Assembly: GCA_002269645.1 (NCBI GenBank)
Contig: NIVC01001631.1
Span: forward strand, 151,886-215,885
DNA: 64,000 nt
DNA from: Macrostomum lignano
Taxonomy: Eukaryota
Direction of reading: 5' to 3'
Shown: positions 25,001 to 37,000 of the stretch, piece after piece
Position numbering within the stretch: the stretch's first letter is position 1
How the letters are laid out: each line of letters opens with the position of its first letter
Translations under genes and position numbers: made by a program
Notes under the pieces: model-generated
The model's database searches: none
Seen by the model: the letters and a program-made list of their open reading frames with translations, nothing else
Told to the model about the DNA's origin: nothing

Positions 25001-28000
25001 CGAACACATTTTGTAATACAGTTATCAAATGATTCTCTTAAAGTTTATATGACGTTTGAGTTCCTATCCTGTCAGTGTACATGTCAATCAATTCTTAGTG
25101 ATAGCCCATGCGCCTTTTAAACGTATAGATATAAATATGTAAGTAATTAATCACAGTATTTCCAATTGTGTTTTCAGCTCGAAACTTCAGCGAAACGTGT
25201 CAGAGTGACTACAATTGCCTTCAAATGAACGATTCAGTGTGCTTGGCTCAAGATGGCACTTACGAGCTCAAATGTGACTGTTTAGTTGGTTGGATTTTCT
25301 CGCGACACGCTTGCAAGCCAAGTAAGCAGTAATGCTTAAATACGAGAATGCAGCAAATTATCCCTACTACAAAATTGTCATTCTCCGATTTTAGTTGTCG
25401 ATGTGCGAGCGCTGAACATTAGTACAGCAGCACCGCTGGCTAACTGGACTCGTCTGTCACAGAGAAACTTCACGCTCACCATCTACTTGCTGGTAGCGAA
25501 TGGCTCGGCCAATATCAGCGAGGCTACAGGTTCGGCCGTGAACTTCAACTTCACTGTCTATCTCTGGAACAATCAGAGCGCGGCCGCTCCCGCAGCACTC
25601 ATGCCAGACTACTGGTTGGCTAAATCTACTTGGCCCATCACCGGCAATCGGCAGACCGCTAGAAAGCTGGGCGAGACCATCGGACTGAGCTTGGGAGCCA
25701 GTGTGGTCATGGAGAGCGGCCGGCGGTGCAAGCAGGCTAAGTACTTGTGCATCGCCACGGTTAAATCGCCCACAGCCAAGTTTGTCGACCAGAACAGCCT
25801 GAATGATGCAGGCTGCATTGGCATTGCTAGCGATGTAATCTGTCAGCCGCCTGCGGACACGGAGCTGCTCCAGTTTCAGCTGAATCAGACGGAGCCCTAT
25901 ATTCGAACTACGCCGTACCGTGTTCCGCTGATTGCACTGGTGCGAACGGTGTCCGCCAGATGGCCAATCGCGCAAGTGCTGGATGGCGACGAGAATTTTC
26001 GGTTTGAGCTGCACTTTAGTGAGCAAAACTGCGCCAAGTCATGGGCGTGTCTCAACGCTAGCTCTGTTTTTAGTAACTTGACCGAGGGAAATCCTGCGCA
26101 GGCCAGTCTGGGTCTTGAAATCAACAGCACATTGGCTGTGCAGCTGGTGGCTCAGTTCAGCTTGGAGTATTGGCGCTGCGCCAGAGCCAGGTTTGTCTGC
26201 CTCTACGCCTTCAGCGGAGAAAATGCCAGCTACCAGGAGGTCAACCTGGACAACAACATTGCCTGTCAGCCTGTTGTACTGAACTGTGTACCATTTGTTG
26301 ACACTAGAGCTTCTGGGGTATCGCTAACCCTTAGAAATGAGTCCTGGCTGGCCAGGTATCCTGCCCATTTGAATGTTCGCGCGAGTCTGCAGCATCTCAG
26401 TGGACTGCCAATCGATCAGGTGTTTGGCCCTCAAACTAATTATTTTATTAGCTTTTTCCTCCAATTAAATGACACGGCCAGTTCTCAAGTTTTGCCAGTG
26501 GCAACTGACTGTCAATCAGTCGATTTGAAACAACCGCTGGCTCAAAGCGGAACTGTCAGTTTCGCGTGCTCAATCATATTAAATGTCACTATTGAGGAAT
26601 GCAGAAGTCTATCCAGCTATTGTCTGACATTTAACAGCTCAAAGAATGGCTCTTACACAGAGCTGGACCCAAGCAACAACAGATGGTGCGATAGAATTTC
26701 CATCCCTATGAATTGTATTGGAGTGCCCATAGAGAATGCTTCGTGTCGCTTGTCGAACAACACACTACTGTCCAGTGTACCACTGACTGTCAGTCTCAGC
26801 TGGGATGCTGGCTCGGCTGTGCATGCTGAATTGACTTATGGCAATGCTGACAGCTACAGATGGGACTGGCTGACCTACAATCACACCGATCACTTTGGAA
26901 GGCACTCGGGTTGATGCAGTCTATCGCTACTCTGACGACTTTGGCGACATGCCAATCACATGCCGATTCCGGAACGAGTTGGGCGAAGTTCGCATCAACA
27001 GAGTGGCTTCAATAATTGCCGATCTTAACGACTTCTTGTCCGTCGCTCTCTTGTACGAGCCAGCAGTGGTACCGCTAAATGCTAGCATCGAGTTTCGCTT
27101 GCTCAAAGGTTCTAACTACTCTTACATAAGCAATATTACCTGTTGGGTGACACCAGAGCTTCAAACAGATGGAATATTTGTTACTAGTTTTGCCCTTGGC
27201 CGCTTTGATAGGAAATTATTGACGTTTCAGTTTGTTGTCGACGAGCCGTTCTCAAATATATCCGTGAAATGCTCAAATCAGTTTTCCAGCACAATTCGTC
27301 CGATATATGTGAGAAAGCAGATACTTGTTGCGGGCTTCAATGCAACCATATCTAAGCGCCATCTGAAGTCCAATGAGACTGCCACCGTGATGCTTTTCCT
27401 TAGAAACGGCTCGCATGTTTATTACATAATCTACCCAGGCGATGACAGAGTCTTCAACCAAACTGACGGACAAAAGTTGTCATCAGCAGCTCTGGACTTC
27501 CTAGAAATCAGCTATCCAGAGCCTGGTGCGTACAACTTGACGGTTTTTGCAGAGAACTATCACTCGTCTCAGGCATCTGTTGTCGGTGAGATAATCGTGC
27601 AGCACGAGCTGACCAATGTGAGCCAGACGGCTCCCACTGTAGTATCTACCGCCATCGTGAACTTCACTGTTGACCTGCTCTTCAACCAGATACCTGCTCC
27701 GACGAACGTTACCTGCAAGATTATATTTGGGACCAGCAGTTCTATAGTGGTCCATTTTGGTAATCAGTCAGAGAAATCTGTTGCTTTAGCCTGCAGAGCG
27801 GATCTGATTGGCCCGCCAGTGCTCTTGCATTCTAACTGCTTTAATCTAGTGTCAAACCAGTCAGTGCAAAACGAAGTGAGTTGTCAAGAACCAATCAGTG
27901 GCTTGCAGGTCTTTGGAGACTTGGTACACGAAAGAGGCCGACCGATTATAATGAATGCCACTGTAGCTTCAGGCTCGCATTTGATTGGAATTTTTTTCTA

Positions 28001-31000
28001 TGGTTTTGGTGACCTAAGGGACACCATACGAGCCTCTTCCCTAGCAGACAAGAAGTTAGTGGCTAGTTTTACATATGACACAGTTGGCAACTACACGGCT
28101 ACTGTTGTGCTGCGAAACGAGCTTGGAGAGCGGAACTCAACTCTGGGCCCGATAGTGGTTCTGGACCGGTTGTCGGAGTTGATGTTGGACTACAACAGCA
28201 CCGTGGTTTACCCGCCCGCCCCGCTCAGGGTGTGCCTCAGCCACGGGAGCAACAATGCCACGAATGTCTTCTGTGTGATTCGATTGAGTTCATTTTATCT
28301 CCAGCAAAAATACACCGATGTGCTGGGCCCCACCAATCCGCTGTGTTTTTCCACCAATCTACAAAGGGAGGCAATTGGAAATCACAGCATTGAAGTAAAC
28401 TGCTCCAATCTACTATCTCGGATTCATGAAGTCAGACCGATTACGGTTGAGCTCGATGCTGTGATTATTCAAAGCTTTCGCACTAACGGCAGCGTGCTCA
28501 CATTCAATGCCAGCACATTTATTATAAAAATCGCCCGCTTTGGTACGTACGGCTGCTTTGCGGTAAACTTTGGCGACTCGACGCCAGGTATGTGCTTCGG
28601 GGTAGCGCATCTGTGCCAGCCGTACGCTACCAGCAAAGGAATGAACTTTACCGAGATCACCTACTCAACTAATCTGGTTGTATTTGAGCATCTGTATTCT
28701 ACACATGGAGCTTTCTCGGCACAATTGTATGCTTTTAATCACGTAAGCAACGACACAGCAGAGACTTTGGCATTGGTACTAGATCGCTACTGCTTTGAAC
28801 CGCTTCTAAATTTTACCCACAACGGCACACTTATCGTTCCTTTCGATGTGGAAAACGCCCTGGAGATTCGCAGATCTGTTGATCTGTTAGTAAAATTAGA
28901 GCTGGAGTTGAATTGCACAAAGACAGACGTTATCTCAGGTATCTGGTGGATTGACACCTATCCGGAGCTGAGGCCCCTCGGACTGGCCCTGCCAGATTCT
29001 GTGGAGATGCGCCTGCAAAAGCGCAGTCTGCCTTATGGCCTGTACAGAGTCAGTCTCAACCTGAGCATGGTCGCTGTGCAACCCGCCGTATCCGTGCAGC
29101 GTCAATTCTTTCTACGCATCGTTCCAACGCCAGTTCAGGTGGAACAGATTGGCGCACCAGCTCAAGTTGAATACGACCAGTTGGTGACGCTGACAGCGTC
29201 GCAGTATACCCACGATTACGACGTTGAGCCTGGCAACCTGACCGGCTTTCATTTTGTTTGGATGTGCCTGCAGCTGAGCGAGAACTCCAGCGCACCGTTT
29301 AATTTGACTAACTTTGTGTCGCCTCCTGCTAGCCAGGGTGTCAATAATTATAGAGGCTGCTATGGCAACGGATACGGTATAGTGCTACAAGGTGACAGTG
29401 AGACAGCTGGAAATCTCACACTGAGTACCTACCACACCATGCCAAATGCAACATACCTGTTTAGACTGTTTGTTTATAAAGGATCGCGTTGGGACCTCAA
29501 AGAGATGGTTCTGTACGTTCGAACTCAGAAGCCTCCCGTGTTTGATATTAGGTAAAGGCATTTTTCGTTCTTTTCAAGCATTTTTTAATTTGCATTTGAC
29601 ATTAAACTAACAAATAAACCATGCCAAATGGCTCTCTCTAGTTGCGTTTCCAACTGCAACAGAAAGATCAGCTCAGAAGTTGATCTAGTCTACCAAGTTG
29701 ATTGTCGACAATATTGCGGGCAAAAGTTCCAACCGCTGCAGTACTTGTGGCAGATGTACCAAACAAATGTGTCGGTACTTCGCATGGATGATCTGTCAGC
29801 CGTCAGCGGGAGCGGTAAGCTGGAGCACTTTCTCGGCACCTATCTGACTTTTTTCTGATTCTAAACACTCAAACGTAAGCCCAGATGCCCATAATATCCA
29901 CCACTTTAGAAGGCTTCAGATCCGCCAGCTTCACTCGCAGAGCCAATACTCTGCCAAAGGCGAGCTACTATATTCTGAAGGTGACGTGCAGCAACTTCAG
30001 GCAGGAGGGTCCGGTTACACGTGAGCAAAGACTAATCGTGAACAGCCCGCCCTACGGAGGCAAGTGCGATGTAGCGCCACGCAACGGCACTGCCATGTCA
30101 ACGAAGTTCCAAATAAGCTGCTGGGACTGGAAGGAGTTCGACATCGAGCTGGGCGGGATTCGCTACGAGTTTAAAATCCGCGAGCCTGGCAGCCGGCGAA
30201 AAATCCCGCTATTCTTTGGCAAAGTCTCCACTTCGCCGCGCATATTTTTCCCGCTAGGCAGCCCCAGCGCCAACTTCACCGCTCTTGTGTCTGCGCTACT
30301 CATTGACTCGCTGGGTGACTCACAGAAATACGAGTTTCCTGTCACGGTACGTCTTAGAAGAATTTCAGAGAGTTTCAGTTTCCTTGCCACCCGCTGTACA
30401 CAGACTGTTGCACCCTTTCTAGGTTTTACCCCCGCCAGTTTCTGTGGAAGTTCTCTCTGACAACATCTCTGACATTCTGACTGGCAGAAGCGAAGAGCTC
30501 ACGAAATATTTCCAACTTAACGACCAACAAGGAGCCGCGTCGACAATGCTGTGCCTGGTGTCGCTAATGAACGTTGATTCCAAATACTTTCTAGGCGAGA
30601 ATGCCACGGCCGAGGATGCCCAGTCAGCGATCAAGCGTATGACAGAAGTAAGACATACGAGTAGAAAGTATTGATCCTTTAACAGATTTTTCTCTGGCTG
30701 AATCTGTGCGCCGGTCTGTCCCTAGTCTGTGCCCTAGACGGCTGGCAGAGCGTCTGCATGCTGCATGCAGATTAGCACAAAAAATAACTCAGCAATGTCA
30801 AAGTTCGGGCGAGAACGGCATGTACTTAGGAAGATACTCTAGGCATCTTAGCTTTCATAGGATGCGCGCACATTTGTAACAAATTTTCAATACTCAGTGA
30901 CCTAAAACGTGGTGGATAATTCAACGGCATCAAGTAAGGCATCAACGAAGATGGACTAGTCTTGATCGAGGGACAAATGAAAATTCGAGACCAGAAACAC

Positions 31001-34000
31001 GATGAAGAAAGATTTCTATTTTTTTAAATTTAGCTTCAAAAAGTGTGGGATGCAAAGTCAGCCAGTGCCACTGACCGGGTCGGCCTTCATAGGTCAGCTA
31101 TTAGTCGAAATATTCGAGCGTAGAAAATAAATTTACCGAACGAATTCTATAGGTCATGACAGTTCCGTGGAATATTTCAATGAAAAAAGAAAAAAATTGT
31201 TTCAGTTGCGGTCCACTTTCGTCAGCATATTGTCGAATTTCACAGTTGAAAACGATACAAACAGCTTGGAGCAGACAACTGAGCTAATGAGGACTTCAGT
31301 GCTGAGACCGGATCAGCTGGAGTTAAATGCTCAGGTGAGTTGATTGTTAAAAGATTGAGCTGACTATTAAAAGTGGCACTGTAATGTCAAAAGTCTAATA
31401 TATTTTCAGGAAACTGCTGGTGACAATTACGTATACATGACAGAGAACCTTGTGATGTTGAAAAATCAACTGTCAGACAATGATCTTTCCTTGCTTGGAC
31501 AAGGTAAAATCGATGCATTTATTATATTTATTCGCTCACCTTTCATACAGTCATATTGCTGCACAATTTCAGATTTTGTCTACACTGGGTCAAATATTTG
31601 GAAGGCGGCAAACTTAACAGCCCAAGAAGAGAATTCTAGGCTGCCCTGCCAATCAGAAAATGGGTCGCTGAGTAGCGAGTGCTCAATAAATTCTGCTCTG
31701 AATGGTTCCTATCAACTGTCTGCGGCTCAACAGACTCTTAAGAAGCTGATGGACAAGGTTTTGAACAATATCAATGAAACTACGGACTACTGCTTGAGCG
31801 CATGGGAAACTACAGCATAGCTGACAGCGAAGTGCACGCCGTAGGCACCCAGAAACCCCTAACAGGTGGAGAGGTCCTACAGTCGAGCTTCGGTTCAATC
31901 ACGCTAGACGCCAACACCACCATCCGTTGGTGCCGAACAAAGACTGTCTTCAGCCGCATGAACCCGTACGCCTGGTCGGCAACAGCCGGCCAAGTGAAAT
32001 CCAGCGTCCTACAGTTGCACGCCAGTGAGTGCAAGTCGACGGCGCGACGTAGAAGGCGTGCCGCTCCTGAGCAGCAGTACTTCACCGTGCAGCTGGACGC
32101 CGCTGCACCTCAGTATGTGTCGGTGAATGCTACGCCAGTTAACCGCTGGTTAATATTCTCGCACAGCTTCAATGTAACAAGTGCTGAAGTTTTGATTCAA
32201 ATTGTAATTGAGCCAGTCATTCCTGATCACAAGTTCGACGTCTATCTGCAGTCTGGAGTCGAAGCGACGCCGGAAGGCTTTTTACTGCATTTTGTTCTGT
32301 CTGGCAATGACTCGGTATTCACGTTGCCAAGAGGCTTTCTGAATGATACGGAAACAAACTATGTGTCTGTGCGCAGATTCAACTGCCTCCGAGGATCCTG
32401 CGCTGAGCCTGAATTGGCATATCGCTACGCCATTGTTCAGCACGCCTGTCAGCTGTGGGACGCCTCTGCTAGCGCCTGGCGGGCACCAACGACCGAAGCC
32501 AGCTGTCTGGCAAGTTCCGAAGGCAGCCAGCCGGACCAGCCAGTCTTCCGCACCAATCTGCTTGGTGGCATCGGAGCCGGCATCCAGCTGACGCCGAACC
32601 TCATTGACTTTGGCCGACTGTTTGAGAATTGGCAGGGCAAACTAGCAGATAGTGCGGCTGTGGTAGCTACCGTGGCAGTGCTCTGGTGCCTGTTCATCCC
32701 TCTGGCTGCGATTCTTCGTCACGTCGACGGTAGAGACAAAGCAACTGTAAGTACTTTGTAATTTATTGTGAAGTTTATCATTTACTGACTGTCTTTTTAC
32801 AGTGGTGGGCTAATAAATAACAAAGTGCCTATGATTTCTAGATCCGTGTTCTGTTAAAATCTAATTATGACAGCAGCTTTTCTACTAAGGCTATTCAATT
32901 CCTTTTTAGTTCGCATATCTGCCGCTGGCTGATGACAAGCAGAAGACATTCGAGTACAAACTTGACGTGTACACCGGAGCTGATAAAGACAGCGGTACGG
33001 ATGCGGCAATTCATTTCTCACTGACGGGAACAAATGGAATGGTTGCTAACAGGATCTTGCATGACAACTGCCGCGTTGTAAGTCGCCTTTTCAATAAATT
33101 CTTATTAAGTCTGGTAGAAGCACTATTTCTAAAATCGAGACATTGCATCTTAAACAAAACACTTCAGAACTTTCGACCCAAAGCTATCGATCACTTTACC
33201 ATGACAACGGAGGTTAATTTGGGCGACTTGAGGCAGCTAACAATTTGGATCAGCAGCACCAGCCAGTTGGACTCTTGGCTCATGTCAAGAATAGTTATCA
33301 CTGACTGTCAGAAAAATACTCGGTAAGAAAAACCTAGTTGATAAGTTTTAGTATATGGGATAGGTTGAGTTTAATGCCCTATGATGCTCATTTTCCCTAC
33401 CAACACAGGTATTTTTTCATTCTAAACGACTGGGTGAAGCCACACAGCGACCAACTGGTTCATCTCGCCACCAGGGAGAATTTGTCGTATTGCCCTGGCC
33501 TGTTGCGCAACAATCTGAGCCGAAAGCTGACCGACGATCACATCTGGATGTCGGTGCTGCGCCGCAAGACTGACACCAATTTCTCGAGAATTGAACGTCT
33601 GGGCGTCTGTTTCAGCGTGCTGTTCCTCACAATGATCGCCAACGCGATGTGGTACGGCGTTGGGGACGGCGGCTCAAACGCCCAACAGATGGTCCACATC
33701 GGGCCAGTGAAGTTCTCCGTGAACGCTCTGCTAACATCCATACTTGGTGCCTTGTGCGTTGTTCCAGTCTCCGCTCTGATCGCCTTACTCTTCATGAAGT
33801 CCGCGCCTTGGCGTCGGAAAGAGGTCGCGAAAGTCTCAGCCAGTGATTTTTCTTCAAGAACGATCCATCGATACTCCACTGTATCAGCAAAGACCACACA
33901 GCAGTCGGTCAGCAACAAATCGAAGCAAATTGTCCTACCGTTCTGGTGCAACATAGTTGCCTGGTTCCTAGTGCTGGCCAGTGTACTAGTTTCTGGCCTA

Positions 34001-37000
34001 TTCTTAGTGTTCTACGCCATGGACTGGGGCCGAGACAAGTCTCAAGAGTGGCTGGCGGCTTTCTTTCTGTCAACGTTTCAGTCTGTACTTATCATTCAAC
34101 CACTAAAGGTAGGCATGCGATTGACATACTCGTATTTGTCTATGTTTAGGCATGACTCATGTCCACTCACCGATGCCTCGTGTCCACTCAGCGATGCCTT
34201 GTGTCCACTCACCGATGCCTCGTGTCCACTCAGCGATGCCTTGTGCCTCGTGTCCTCACCGATGCCTCCTGTCACTCACCGATGCCTCCTGTCACTCACG
34301 ATGCCTCTCGGGTCCGCTCACCGATGCCTCCTGTGCCACTGTCTGACGTCTTACTATCCACCTACCGATGCAAAAAACAAAGGGAATACTTAATATTTCG
34401 ATTGCTACACAGTATCTAAACATGTTTGTAGTCAAAACTGAATATGTTTGCTTCCTAGTCCTACGACAAGCAGGTGTTGATTTAAAAGTGTTATCATCTG
34501 TTATAGTTTTTCGATTCGTATCATTAACTAGTGCTGCATACTCACACGAGAAACCTAATATAGTTTATTAAAGTATTCCAAAAGCATGTGCCCTTCTTAT
34601 TTACATTATCCAGGTACTCGCTATTGGGCTGGTGATTTCAGTAATAATGCGCAAGGACTACGACGCGATGAAGATGGACTTGGTGCGAGTAAGGTACCAT
34701 AGCAACGCTAGAAAGAGAGGTATTGCCTTCAGTGATTCGCTTGATTTCTGGTTATTGTAAAGATTTTAACACAGTTCACTTTGCTTAACTGTTTCAGAGG
34801 TCTTCAAATACCTGCATGAACTCGAGGAAGAAGAAAAGAACGACGAACTGCTGAAAAAAGCCAGGAAGACTACGGTGGACCTGATATTGAGCCTTATCCT
34901 GCTGGTCCTCCTGTACTGCATCTGCTACGGAAACTTGGATCCTGTCACCTACAATCTGCATAAAAGCATTAAAATACATCTCGGAGTGGACAAACTGAGC
35001 ATGGTCAGCACGTTTGATAAGTACTACGAGTACCTGCGGACAACACTCATAACGGCACTGTACTCCAGCGACCTACCCCAGTTGGTAAATAATCTTAGTC
35101 AGTCGCAAGAATCGAGTTTCATCAGTGACCTCGCCGGTTATCGCTTAAGTCGCGTCACTGTGCGCCAGCTGCGCATCCGGCCAGTGGACGTGCACCGTCT
35201 GGCACCCCCTGGCGGTGTCCATTTCAGCGAGGAAGTTCGCGACACCGGCTGTTACAGGCCCGGATGGCGAGAGCTGCGAGTCTGCAACTACTCAGAGACT
35301 CAGTCAGCTTTGGAGCTGGCATTCGTGGACTTGCCAGCAAAGCTTACCGACAGTATCGACTATTGGGGCCGCTTGAAGTTATACAGCGGCGGCGGATTCA
35401 CCGCTGTGCTACCGAACGGAGCCAATCGAACAATGGAGCTTCTGACTGAGTTGCAGCGATTTAATTGGCTGGATAACTACACCAGACTGGCGATTGTTGA
35501 GATGGACCTGTTCTATCCCAGTGTAAATTTGTTCACCAGCGTACTTCTCAGTCTGGAACTGCAACCTTTCGGCGGCAGCTTAAGCAACAGTGAGCTGTAC
35601 AGTACCCGCTTGTACCGTTACATTGGAGCCGCTGGACTGTTCGCCCTGGTCTCGGAGATCCTCACCGCCCTGCTGTGTCTGATTATGATTTCTCGCGTTG
35701 TGCTGAGCATCAAGGAGCAAGGCCGTGCGTACTTCAGCAGCGCCTGGGCCTGGCTTGGCCTAGCCATGCACGCCTGTCTCGTATCGTGCGCCGTTTGCTA
35801 CGGTTTGCGAACGGGCGCCACAATTGCCTCGCTAAACCAGCTGCGCAACGCTAAACTTCTGTCTACTAATCTGCGATATGTCATGTTGGTCAATCAGCAG
35901 TTTTTCTACTTCCTAGGTGCAGCCACCTCCTACTGCAGGTGTCATTTATTAATATTGTTAGGTTCAGTCGAGGGCTACACCATTGCAAGGCACAGTAAAG
36001 AAGTCGCTCGCCGAGCTGACGTCATGGTCAATCAGCAGTTTTTCTACTTCCTAGGTGCAGCCACCTTACTGCAGGTGTCATTTATTAATATTGTTAGGTT
36101 CAGTCGAGGGCTACACCATTTGCAAGGCACAGTAAAGAAGTCGCTCGCCGAGCTGACGTCATTCATTCCGGTCTGATTGTGTTTTTTGCATTCACTCTGC
36201 TGCATCATCTGCTGCTTGGATGCCTTGAAGAGCCCTATAGGTCTGTGCTGGACTCGATTATAACAAACTTCTCAGCCATGCTGGGAAAATTTGACATGCA
36301 GTACGTGAGTCGCAACGGCCTGCTAGCAAAGTTGGCATTTCTACTCTACGTCTCCTTCATCATGTACATCGTGTTGAATGCCTTCATTGCTATTATCAAC
36401 GAATCATACGAGACGGTGCGCGAGAGGCCGAGACAAGCCCCAGCGAGGAGGACTTCCAGTTGCTGGACCAGATTCTGGCCAACTTGCGCAGCCTGATGAC
36501 CTGGAAAAGGAGTAGAGGAGAGGAGTACCTGGAAAAGGAGGAGTACGAAGGTGAGAAAGTTGCCTGGGCTATAAAAATATCGGTCAAATTTAGTGCTCAT
36601 ATGCATGCAGGATGGGATATCGAACATTAAGTCAATACAGATCGAATCATCGTTAATACGGGGGCTGAGCAGCTCAGCGGTGAAGGCGTCTGACACCTCG
36701 AGCCACGAACCCTGGTTCGACTCTGTGCGACATTCATTTGAGACTTGTGCACCAAACAGTGGCCGGGGGGTCTCGTGCGATTCACAACCATGAGGTCCAG
36801 CCCCCGAGGCACACAGAGTGCACATGCTTGACGATTAGAAAGTCATATAGCGTATGAGTGACAGCAAATTTTGGTTGTGAACGATTTCGCCCAAGGCGTC
36901 ACAAATGCCCTCCTGAAAATTTATAGTCGTTTATATTCTCTCTACCAAAGTCACAGTACAGACTGATTCGGCTTCAATGCTTTCGGATTCTATATTTATA

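Noticed and set aside
36593-36793. 66-aa ORF as a penultimate PKD1L exon
   Set aside because: Its phase is incompatible with the phase-1 donor at 36550, it ends in a stop, and exon 37206-37279 fits directly
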